The position numbers and the translations under genes were made by a program. The notes under the pieces were generated by a model. The model ran no database searches, had not been told where the DNA came from, and saw only the letters and a program-made list of their open reading frames with translations. Positions 25,477 to 37,028 of a stretch of 64,000 bases of DNA are shown here, in pieces. The DNA comes from Basidiobolus meristosporus CBS 931.73. Lineage: Eukaryota; Fungi; Basidiobolomycota. Where the stretch lies: positions 43,627-107,626 of the forward strand of contig MCFE01000267.1 of NCBI GenBank assembly GCA_002104905.1, read 5' to 3'. The stretch's first letter is position 1; every line of letters begins with the position of its first letter.

Positions 25477-28400
25477 CCCTATGAGAAATTATTGAAATGA
25501 TCCTGTCAAAAGGCTATCACAAAGTTAATGTCCTGTGACTAAGAGGTACTGATCCTGTCAGGACACTGTCTAGAGACCATTGAAAAATACTGCACCCCAG
25601 ATTTCACAACAATGGATAAGTGGCTTTTGATTGGTTCCCTGCTAATTTGCTCACTTTCTGGTCCCGGACACTCTATTGCCTCCTACATTTGTGTGAATTG
25701 ATTGGCTATTACCTCTATTTCACACTCCTTACTTCCTAACTCAACTGTTTCTCTAACTATTCATGCATACAAATTGATTTATTTCCGCTGAAACTTCAGT
25801 TGTACCTCAATTGCCAATTATATTGACCTATGCAAGTCTCTATACCCTACACTAACATTAAGCCCATCCCCACACTCAACAAGTAACTCAATTGAAATCC
25901 ACCACTCAATCAGTATTACTGCTGTGATGCTCTGGTTCCACCACTTTGGCAGGAACCCCATGGCTTTATGCAACTGTTCATTCACTGGTTCCCACATGTC
26001 CTGGTCTTCAGCCAGCACTGCAGGGTCTAGCTCCTCATCTGCCAGTCATTGCAATAAATCCGTGCAATATTCCAGTGCATTTTCTTGAGCACTGCTCTTG
26101 ACGAAGTGCTGCAACCTCTTGGTATGCCTATTAATGTTCCAAGCTCCACAGAAGGCATTGTGATGGTCTTTCAAGCTCTTGATATTGTAGTCTTGTCTGT
26201 CAGTGGTATCTCCACTCTGTCAACAATGGAGGCTGTGGTAGACAAATGCATTTTTCAGCAAACTCATCTACCTTGCTGGAGTGTAGCCCAACTGGCTGTG
26301 CTTCCAACTCAGGTGAAAACAGCTGTTTTCTTGTTGGTAATTCTTCTTGGCTATGATGGGATTCAGTCTGTTCCTGACTTGCAGTGTTAGATGGCAGGAA
26401 CTGCAGTTTTTTTTGCATGTCTCCCTGTCTCAGGCTTAGGTAGACATTTTTCCCTTTAACTTTTCCTTTATCACTGCCAGGTCTTTCACTGCTACTTTGT
26501 TGGAGTGCTTCTTGTATAGAACTATGTTTTCTCCTGGATAAATTCTGCTCTAACACATCTGTTTTGGCCTGCTTGTCCCTTGCTGGCACTCTACTGGCAA
26601 CCTGATGTTTCTTTTCAGCTTATTTTGAGCACTCAACTGTAGTTGTGATGGGCCCCTGTAAAAGCCGCTGGTCTTTATCACTGCCAGGTCTTTCATTGCT
26701 ACTTTGACTGGGTGCTTCTTGAGTGGTACTACGATTTTTCCTTGATAAATGTTGTGCTGGTGCATCCATGTCTGCCTGCTTGTCCTTAATTGGCACCCTT
26801 CCAGCTGCCTGACATCTCTTTGATGCTTGTCTGGAGCTTTTGGCCCTGCTTGTAATGGGCTCTTGAGGAAGCCGCTGGTTTTTAGCCATGGCACCCTTGT
26901 TCTTCTGCCTTTGATAGTTTCTGCTATTCTTAAGATACTTTCTTAGCATTCCAATGCTTGCCCAAAATCCATTTGCCTGCTTGAATCCTGGATAATGCTC
27001 ATGGAACAAGTCAAGTGCATTCTGCTTGGCCTTGAGTTCCTGATGGACCCATGGTATGCTGGCCTTAAGGTGATGGTGCGCTAGACTTCTGATGGGCTCT
27101 TGTATATTAGCCCACTCTTTGTTATTGCACTCAACAACTTCATAGATCTTCAATGTCTTTTGGTTTTTAGGCTTTAGTATAAACACCATATTGTCTCCCT
27201 CCCACGCTGTGATAGGTTTTTCTGTGTGCTTTATCTTTGAGCACTGTTGTTGTGCTTCATAGACTGTACAATGTTCTTCCGCTGTTACATTGGGAAATAG
27301 CTCAATTCTTGGCTGTGACATTGAGCCACTGGAGTTCCTTCTTTGCAGCAAAGATACTTCTTTCCCTACCTGGGATATTGATTGCTTGACACATATTTTC
27401 TCCTCATCCTGTTTCTGGACTAATTCCTGATTTCTCTGGCCTAATGCATCTATCTTATCAGCCACTAGACCTAACTGCTTCATTAATTCTTTGGTATTAC
27501 CTGACAACATACTTGCTAATATGGGTGGTGGTGATGTTATCATGGCCACTTGCTGATCTTCAACTGAGGGTACTGCATTTGCTACATTCTCATCTGCCTG
27601 AGCATAAAAGTCAGCTTGTGCCTCCGCAGAGGCTCTCAATTGCCTACTTGACTGAGAGTCTGTGGAGTCTGCGTTATTACCGTCATTGAGCATACTGTCC
27701 ACAGGGCCTTTTGTGGATGTATTCCAACCTGTGGCATCATTATTATGCCAGCCAGTTGATACCTCTATATTGGCACCTGGCCATCTTTGTCACCTTTTTC
27801 AAACTGAGTCAGGTGAGTTTGTGAAGCTTTTAGGATCACCTCAGCCTTCTGAATATGGCTTGCAGAGTGGTAGCTCTGACAAAGAAGGTTCACTGAAGGA
27901 TTTTGAGCCTATCTCCCCTAACAACAGTACCATGTATGAGCCCGGTCAAATCCTTTTATGCAATGAGACAACACCTGTTGAAAAAAATGCCAAGGATACT
28001 TTATGGCACCAAGTGAGCCCAGTAACCCATCTATTGGTGAAGGATGTAATGTTATGGCTAGAGAAGTGACACATTTCCACTTATATCAGTAATGGGGGCT
28101 TTGAGGATTTATTACTACTTCCTGCCAAAATCAACTGGGATGCAACATACCATGTACATGGTACAAGTGGACAACCGTCATGCGGCTGGCAACATATGAT
28201 CCAGAGACTGTCCTGATTCTGGCACATGTTAATAGTTGCATAGCATTCACATCCAAAAATGCTACCATTGCAATGTGTCCAAATTGTCAGGAATCCACCA
28301 CCATTGAGGGAAAACATTGTTCACACTCCAGATATACTCCGGTTGTAGCCTGTCTGAGGAAGCTGATGCAGTTTGACAAATATTGCAATGCTATACAGTA

Positions 28401-28608
28401 CTGCACTCAGTATTAATCAAGCACAAACATATTGGATATATTTGAAGGCAAACATTAAAAACAGCTAAGAAGCAAGGGCTACTTTGAAGGTATGTATGAC
28501 CATGCTGTTGCTTTAGCACTTGATGGATTCTCATTAAACAAGTACTCCACCAGCAAGTCCTGCTGGCCACTGATTTTCATCAATCTGAATCTGCCGCTCA
28601 TCTTACGG

Positions 28609-29677
28609 TGCGGTGGTGTATAAGTCCAAGGTAGAGATACATCCAACACTTCTCAAGTGTTTTGTGTGTGGAGTTTCACTGGGTGCAATAACCTCTGAAA
28701 AAGCTTGCTAGGAATACTTGGGTTCTGTCTCTAATCTAATGTAATGGGAAATAAAGCCACAAGCTTGTCAAGGGAAAACTATTGAGCTACAATCCCCAAC
28801 TTAGTTGGCTTCTTAACAAGAGTATGTGCTGGGATCAGCATCCTTTGAGATGACAATGTACTAAAGCTTCCAAAGTCAAAATAACTGTAAACTCCACCAG
28901 CAGGGACTTGGTGAGAATGAAGCTGTGGTCTATAGTTACAAAGACAGAAAAGTATATTTGCCTGTACAAGAACAAACTTGGGAAAGAATCTAATATAACA
29001 AAAGATACCTACTCTGAGTATTCCTCACAAGTAGTGCCTCCAAGGTCAGTTGGCTCTCAGTGAGGTTTCCTGGGAGTGACCTGTGGTCTGGGGTTGGAAG
29101 TTCAGGTAGCAGCAGGTAGCAGTGATCACACCAATCAACAAGTCAGTATATTGATAAAAGGGATGTTGATTAATTGTTAAGGGATTGCCTCCCTTATATA
29201 CTTTTGTTACTGGCTAAATGATTAATAATCATGGTATTCCAGAAGGCTCCAGATATCAATAGAAATCTTAATGACAACAGAATGACCTAAGAATGTTCTA
29301 AGTAGGTGCCAGAAGGTTCTAGGAGGCACAGCACATCCAACCAATCAGGAGTCAGTTTTCTGAAACCTGTGTAACATAGGCATACCATATATGGTATGGA
29401 AATGGTAGGGATGGTGACATGGGTTGACCATGTGTCACAGGTACTGGTGCAGGTACTTGCCCAGTATAGAAGCACTTATAGCTAGTAATCTTACATAAAG
29501 TGAGGGGTAACTTATGCAATAAGGTAAGCAGGTGTGATAGTCAACTGGCTTATGGGATAGTACTGATCAGGTATGACAAATGGGATAAAACTAAATTGAG
29601 TGCAGTAGAGATCTCAGGAAGTTGAAAATATGGGAATGAGCACATCTCTCAGTGGGTGTCACTGTCACCCCACTACA
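28609..29677 (-). mobile_element. Family G solo LTR, TSD ACGG/ACAG
   Basis: TGCGGTGGTG...CCCCACTACA; removal restores transposase ILRYQSNN. Confidence 0.9.
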
Positions 29678-30755
29678 ACAGTATCAGAGCAATAATCTGA
29701 AGGTAGTCTCACTGGTATCTGGACCTAAATCACCATCCATCCTGGATAGCTACCTGTATCCATTGCTGGATGAATTTGTATGCTTTCCAGCAGGATAATG
29801 GTAAATGGCCATTATGTAAAAGCGCATATTATTATCTGCATTGGAGATACCCCAGCCATCAGCAACATAGCAGGTTTTTCTGGGCACAATGGACAGTATT
29901 GCTGTTAAATGTGTGACATCTAGGGGATTTACTCCATAATGCACACACATTATTATTACCCAAACACCAGCACTAAGAACATCATCTTTCCACAGATATA
30001 ACATACAGAAGTAAGCATGCAATTGCAGCAAAGTTGGCAAGCTATAAGCCATTGGCCAGAATATGGAAACAATTGGAAATTGGAGATACTTAAGATAGAA
30101 GATATTTGTTGGAGCAAAAGCTTTTCACTGAGAGCAGTGCATTTCCATTTCAACAATATCCCTATACTGACAACAAAGCTATAAGCTATTGGCCAGAATA
30201 TGGAATCAGTCGGAAACCAGAGATACTTAAGATAGAGGGTATCTGTTGGAGCAAAAGCTTTCTGCTGGGAGCAATGCATTTGCTTTTCAGCAATATTCCT
30301 ATACTGATGACCAAGTTGTACATGGGGCATTTGAAGCTAAATGAGCCCTTTGAGATAACAGAGAAATTTGACAAAATTGGCAAGATATTACAGAGTATCC
30401 ACTACCCTAAGTACTTCTCACAGGCTACAATTAATATTCATGCGCATATACAACAATACAAATGCAACGACTGGATGAACTGGTTATGTATTTATTCAAG
30501 TGGTGTTCAGAAGCCATTCCAACCAAGAGTACATTGGAAGCATTGGGAGTCATATGTGGACATTGTAGGAATATTTATCCAAAGTGGATCACCAATGCCA
30601 ACTTGACATATCTACAGCTGTTGTGTGAGGATTTTGTGATGGGATTTGAGCAGCTATACTACAAATATAATGCTGAACGCAAAGATCCCTGCCGTTACTG
30701 TATCCATTCTCTACTCCATCTTGCATGGTGTGTAGAGAATATTGGGCCTTGCTTC

Positions 30756-31998
30756 TGTTGTGTTGTATTATGATTAGTTTGGGGCTTGTTCTACAATGTA
30801 GAGGCTAATCAACAATATACAACAACTTCCAGTATGCTAATACTGAAATAGTTTATTGGGAGTTTGATATACCGATAGAAGATATAACTTTCACTAATTT
30901 CCTCAATGTTGGGCTCAAAATATACTGTAGGCAGTGTTTATCACTTCTACAGCAGTGTTCTGACCTTCTGTCAACTAATGGGCTTATTTACTTTTATAGT
31001 AACTTTTCCTTATTTGGAAGTCACTTTCCTTTCTGAGAAAATATTTCCTAATATGGAAATTCTGAACTCCCCTTTAACCTAAAGGGGTGTGTTGTAGAAG
31101 TCTCTAAAGGGGTCTTTAGACCTAAAGGGGTGTCTAAAGGGGTGTCTTTAGAGTAAAGGGGCTTCTTGTAGTGGTCTCTAAAGTGGACTTTACACTAAAG
31201 GGGTGCCTAAAGGGGCTTCTTTAGAGTAAAGGGGTTTCTTAAAGGGGTCTCTAAAGGGGTCTTTAGACTAAAGGGGTGTCTAAAGGGGTGTCTTTAGAGT
31301 AAAGGGGTTTCTTAGAGGGGACATTTCCAACAGAAAAGTGGTAGTTTCTTGTAGAACTTAGATTGGATTCTTGTGAGCTTTGCAGTCTCTTTACTGATGT
31401 AGTACCAATCAAAGTCAGAATACTCAACAGTGCAAGTGATGCAGGGGAAGTCTTATAACCTTTAAACTTGTAATTGTAGTGTGGAGATTCTGGAAAGAGA
31501 GGCTCTCCCTTTATTTTTCAGCTGGGGAAGTCATATATATGAAACTTTTGAAGGATCAAAGTTTTTGGGCGATTGCGCAAGCAATACACGTGATATGAAG
31601 CTAAAATTTTGCAGTGACGCAGATCGGACATAGGCGCAGCACCTGTGAAAATTTCACGTGATTTGATTGGCTGGTTCAAAAGCTACACGCGATCAAAGTC
31701 ACCATAGTAATCCTAGCAATAAGGCATAGTATATATATTAGTTGGACTCTTTTGGTCATAACTCCTTAAGTACTGCTTCAAATGAGCTGTAATTTGAAAC
31801 ATGTGTTGGCTACTACGTGTTCGGTATGACATAATATTCTTGGGTGGATTGCTTGTCAGGGTCTGGAGCATTTGCTCTTCAAAGTTGGAAATTCTTGATC
31901 TTTCTCTTGTGTATTACGATAGCAAAAAGCAAAATAAACAAATGAGTGCAATATTGGTTTAGAGATATTGTAGTAATGGAATACTTTCCATTACCACA
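30756..31998. mobile_element. Probable solo LTR of an unassigned family A, 4-bp TSD CTTC
   Basis: TGTTG...CCACA flanked by CTTC/CTTC; removal restores GPCFTFWEFPM; no coding sequence. Confidence 0.7.
31080..31320 (+). repeat. G-rich minisatellite built on TAAAGGGG
   Basis: 14 GGGG tracts (manual count), most as TAAAGGGG, separated by short variable linkers containing TCTTTAGA. Confidence 0.9.
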
Positions 31999-32759
31999 CT
32001 TCACCTTTTGGGAGTTTCCTATGGAGCGGATGTGTGGGGAGATATGAAGACAAGTCAAGTTGTAGGTAATACCATATCCCAATCTCAATAGGTTTATTAC
32101 CTTCAAGTCCGTCATGGATGTGATGAGTTGGCACATGGAGGACAGCCAGAACAAGTTGGAAAATACTGAGGACAAATGTGCACATGGAGACACCTATGCC
32201 TATGACATTAAGAAGCTAAGCAGCCCCAATGCATGGGTAATCAGTTAAGTAATGCAAAGTTGGGTTGGGTGAAATAAGCAACTAATTTCTATCAGGAAAA
32301 CTCCACCAAGATATGCCGGATTTCTTGTGGTCAGAAGCCAACTTCTACGCCATTTAATACGGAATTCACACAAACAAAAGCCAGAGCACACCTATAAGGG
32401 GGACTAGAATCCAGCAGGGAGAAGGAATATATTGGCTAAATACCAAGAAGTTCTTTGCAAATATTCAGGAGATATTCATGGCAGAAGTGGCAACAACCAA
32501 GCATATGTTTGCAAGATGTATATGCTACCAGCAGAACAAGGTATATGGCAACTTTGCAAGTATCACACTAAAAAGCCGTAAAGTTGAGGTGATAGAAGTA
32601 TGTCAATTGAAGCAGGTGTGCATGTTTGTAGAGGTTAGTAAGCAGGAGGCCATATTTTTTTTTGATTCAAACTATATGTGGAATACTCAAGGTAGTAGTG
32701 GGTAAGCAAATAAAGAAAGGTGATTCTACAGTGGAATATATGAATTACACAAGGGGAGG

Positions 32760-33448
32760 TGTGGCAATGGAAAGTATTCCATTACTACAATATCTCTAAA
32801 CCAATATTGCACTCATTTCTTTATTTTGCTTTTTGCTATTGTAACACACAAGTGAAAGATCAAGAATTTCCAACTTTGAAGGACAAACTATGGTGACTTT
32901 GATCACATGTAACTTTCAAGCCAGCCAATCATATCATGTGAGATTTTCACAGGTGCTGCACCCATGTCCAATCTGCGCCACTGCAGAATCTTAGTTCAGT
33001 ATCATGTGTATTGCTTGCGCAATTGCCCAAAAACTTTGATCCTTCAGAATTTTCATATATATAACTTCCCCAGCTGAAAAATAAAGGGAGAGCCTCTCTT
33101 TCCAGAATCTCCACACTACAATTACAAGTTTGAAGGTTATAAGACTTCCCCTGCACCACTTGCACTGTTGAGTACTCTGACTTTGATTGGTACTACATCA
33201 GTAAAGAGACTGCAAAGCTCACAAGAATCCAATCTAAGTTCTACAGGAAACTAGCACTTTTATGTTGGAAAAGTCCCCTCTGAGAAACCCCTTTAGACAC
33301 CCCTTTAGAGACTTCTACAACACACCCCTTTAGGTTAAGGGGGAGTTCAGAATTTCAATATTAGGAAATATCTTCTCAGAAAGGAAACTGACTTCCAAAT
33401 AAGGAAACATTACTGTAAAGGTAAATAAGCCCATTAGTTGACAGAAGG
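32760..33448. mobile_element. Second, inverted and truncated copy of family A
   Basis: Begins TGTGGCAATGGAAAG; reverse complement of 30964-31998 minus a 163-bp block and most of the G-array. Confidence 0.85.
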
Positions 33449-35900
33449 TGGGGGTAGGCCAGTTGCATATTTTTTGTGTCTTAGAGTCTCCAGGTGATTC
33501 TTCTTTTGGTCACAAACCATCTGTTAGCATAAGGTTCATGGTAAGGTTCTAGGATACCAGCTTCTATCTTCTTCTTAAGTAGGTCATGCACATCAGCTTG
33601 GAGTCCTCTGGGCAGTGGGTAAGGCTTGAATGATCATGGTGTGTGGGGCACTGTATGAATCTTGATAGGTTTTTCAACCAATGTCTTTAAGAGCCCCATC
33701 TCTTTGTCATTATATCAGAGAACCTCATCATGTCTTTTTAGGGCTTCTTCTAATAATAAGATCTCCTCTGGTGTTAGGTTTCCATCACCAATAATAAATT
33801 GTTTAAGTCTCTCAGGTGTCAGTGTATATCTTCTGGTGTTTCTTCTGGTGGTCTGATGTAATCTGCAGGTCAAGATCCATCAGTCAAAGGTGTAAGTGAT
33901 GGTGTAGTCTTCTGTTCTACTGTCTTGTATTTTGCTCAAGCCATAGCCATCTGCTCTTGTATACCTAATGAGCAGCTCTAAATGTTGGGGAGTATATTGT
34001 CAGGCTCCTCATCTTCTTACATAACAAGTTGTGTCTTCTGGCAAGTAGTATGTGTCCTCTTATTGTGGGGTGTTACACCATAGAACATTGACTGTAGCCC
34101 TGGGCTTGATCCTTGTATAGTGTACCACACTGACCCATTGGAATAATTGGTTGTTGTAGCCTTAGTATTGGTCTCCCATGGTCTGCCTACCAGAAGGTCA
34201 AAGTTTGCCTTCTAGCAGATAAAGTGGGGAAGCCAGACCTTAATTTGTTGTACTTCAATAGGGAACTTGTGCACTACACCATAGAGTGGACTAGATCCTG
34301 AGTTTACATCAGTCATGTTCCATCCAATATCTCTATCAACAGGCAGTAGCTCCTAGCTTCTAAGTGTCATCCAGAAGTCTAGCAATATAACACAAGTCTC
34401 TGAACCACTGTTAATATGGCAGTCAACAGGGTCATCATATATATACCCTTTCACCACAGCAGTTGCAACTGAGTAAAAAGTCATATTTTCAGTAGTGTTG
34501 TCATCCATTTGGTAGTCTTCATGGTTTGTCTGAAATATGTGGGTATCCATATGTTGAACAGCTTGTCATCTTGTTCTAAGCTGCTCATCTAAGGTCTTCC
34601 TAAACAATGGTGACACACTCCTGACTTCTCCAACAAACAAAGTGAGGTTCTGCTTCAGCAGCTTCTCAGTAATAAGTTGAGGGCTTGAGTAGCTTGCTAT
34701 CTTTGAGGTCATCTGAAAGTAAGGCAATGGGTTTTGAGTGGGCAGTATACCAGGCCTCTTGTCAATGATAACCTCAGGCTCTTCAATTGTGGTCTTCTAA
34801 GGATGGATTTGGCAGGTTCTTCAGGGAGGTGTCTTTTGGTAGCAAAGGCTTCAACTTTGTATTGTCTGTTGTCAGGGCTGCTTGTATTCACTGTATGAGT
34901 CCCAATAGGGGCATCAACAGTGATTTTCTGGTTGCTGAGTCAGATTTCTGGAAAAGAGCTCTCATCCCTCCTCTTCAGAAATAGGTGGGGATCCTTCTAC
35001 CTTCCCTGTCAGCAAGCTTTCCATCAGCATCAAACTGCACAGCTCTTTCTCTAAGTAGCTGACTAAGCTCTGAGCATTCTCTTCTTGCGTGCTGAGTAGA
35101 GTCACACCAAATGCAATGTTTTGGCAAAGGTCTTTGGCTCTCAGTAGCTACTTCAGCTGAGCCATTAATCTTTAGGGCTAGCTTATGTAGCTGCTCAGCA
35201 AGTTGGTCAATTCTGTTGGTAGTGTAAGTCTGATTGTCAGCAACAGCACTCCTTAGTTCCTTGGTTGCCTTGTCTGGCAGATTAGGCTTCAGCAGTCTCA
35301 TTAAGGTTGAAGTCTGCTTTGCCTCTAAGGGAACACATTTCATCTCTGCAAAGCATGGAATTCCAGACTTGTCATCCTTGGCTGCATGAAAGTCAACTTT
35401 CCTTGCCAAGTCCTGGTGAAGCCCTTGTGCAAGGTAAAGTGTCATGGTAGACTCAGCTATAGCCTGGGACTCTAGGAGTGGCTTAGCCATGTCTTCATAC
35501 TGTTGAATGAACTCTTCAAGTGGTAGCTTGGAAGGTCCGGTCCTTCCAAAGTGTCTGAGGTCTTCAACTTCATAGTATATCTGGGTCTACCATACTTGGT
35601 CCGTAGGTAGGTCTTCATTAAGGTCCAGTCAGTGAAGTGTCTCCTTGTCTGATAAGCTTAGTGGTAATATCATTGGTGCAGTAGTAGGGGAACTCTTCAG
35701 CCATTTCCTGTTCAGATTGACTGTACATCTTGCAGAGCTTGTCCATTTAAATATGAAGCTTTCCACATTCTTTCCATCAATCTGTGGGGCTCCATGCAAG
35801 AGTGGTAATGGCGTAGAGTTCATCTTGAGTAGGTAGGTTGGTGTTGTAATCAGGGTAATATTGGTAATCTCTTTTAAATACATGGATAATGGCTCAAATC
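33449..35900 (-). pseudogene. gag: Family G gag, protease and RT remnants
   Basis: PQIDGKNVESFI gag N-terminus (35629-35883), CX2CX4HX4C knuckle, VDCHINSGSETCV protease motif. Confidence 0.7.
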
Positions 35901-35942
35901 TTCAGGTAAAGCTTGTTGAGTCATAGGGAGCTTGTATGAACC

Positions 35943-35959
35943 CCCCACATTAGGTGCCA
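35943..35959 (-). promoter_or_regulatory. Family G primer-binding site, tRNA-Lys(CUU) type
   Basis: Minus strand TGGCACCTAATGTGGGG versus canonical TGGCGCCCAACGTGGGG (14/17; two mismatches are CpG decay). Confidence 0.7.
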
Positions 35960-35963
35960 AATA

Positions 35964-37028
35964 CATGGCGGTGTATAGGTCCTAGGGAGAGATATGTTCA
36001 ACACTTCTCAAGTGTTTTGTGTGTGAGGTGTTCACTGGGTGCAATAACCTCTGGCAAAAGCTTGCTAGGAATACTTGGGTTCTGTCTCTAATCTAATGTA
36101 ATGGGAAATAAAGCCACAAGCTTATCAAGAAAAACTATTGAGCTACAATCCCCTACTTAGTGGTGTCTTAACAAAAGTATGTGCTGTGCTCAGCATCCTT
36201 TGAGATGACAATGTACTAAAGCTTCCAAAGTCAAAATAACTGTAAACTCCACCAGCAGGGACTTGATAAGAATGCAGCTGTGGTCAATAGTTACAAAGAC
36301 AGAAAAGTATCTTTGCCTGTACAAGAATAAACTGGGGAAAGAATCAAATATAACAAAAGATACCTACTCTGAGTATTCCTCACAAGTAGTGCCTCCAAGG
36401 TCTGTTGGCTCTCAGTGAGGTTTCCTGGGAGTGACCTGTGGTCTGGGGTTGGAAGTTCAGGTAGCAGCAGGTAGCAGTGATCACACTAACAAACAAGTTG
36501 GTATATTGATAAGAGGGATGATGACTTATTGTTAAGGGATTGCCTCCCTTATATACTTTTCTTACTAAGTGATTACTAATCATAGTGCTCCAGAAGGTTC
36601 CAGAGATCAATAGAAATCTTAATGACATCAGAATGAGCTGAGAGTATTCTAAGTAGGTGCTGGAAGGTTCTAAGAAGCACAGCAAATCCAAGCAATCAGG
36701 AGTCAGTACTCTGAAACCTGTGCAACATAGGAATACCATATATGGTATGGAAATGGTAGGGATGGTAACATGGGTTGATTGTGTGTTATAGGTACTGGTG
36801 TGGATACTTCCCTAATATAGAAGCACTTACAGCTAGTAATCTTACATAAAGTGTAGGATAACTTATGCAATAAGGTAAGCAGGTGTGATAGTCAACTGGT
36901 TTATGAGATAGTACTGACCAGATAAGATAAATGGGATAAAACTAAAATCAGTGTAGTAGAGATCTCAGGAAGTAGAAAATATGGGAATGAGCATGTCTGT
37001 CAGTGTGTGTCACTGTGACCCCACTACA
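35964..37028 (-). repeat. Family G 5' LTR
   Basis: Homologous along its length to 49475-50545; ends CCCCACTACA on plus. Confidence 0.85.

Larger units (their letters stand above)
25477..32759. mobile_element. CMC copy E4 (reverse orientation) with two nested solo LTRs
   Basis: End B CCCTATGAGAA at 25477; ORF2 minus 25800-27730 (360-aa stretch 26620-27702); transposase plus 27740-32250; 3' region to 32759. Confidence 0.85.
22551..37028 (-). mobile_element. Ty3/Gypsy family G ('CG-target') element, minus strand, TSD ACAT/ACGT
   Basis: 5' LTR 37028-~35964, PBS, gag with CIWCDSTQHARREC knuckle (34975-35490), INSGSE protease (~34400), integrase (24602-25210), PPT AAGGGGGG before 3' LTR 23320-22551. 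Confidence 0.85.

Noticed and set aside
31080-31320. CRISPR array or true telomere
   Set aside because: The units are degenerate with no unique equal-length spacers and no cas genes. The array is internal to a TG...CA element with a TSD.
31709-31871. Helitron fragment
   Set aside because: It has no TC...CTRR termini, subterminal hairpin or A|T target in either orientation.
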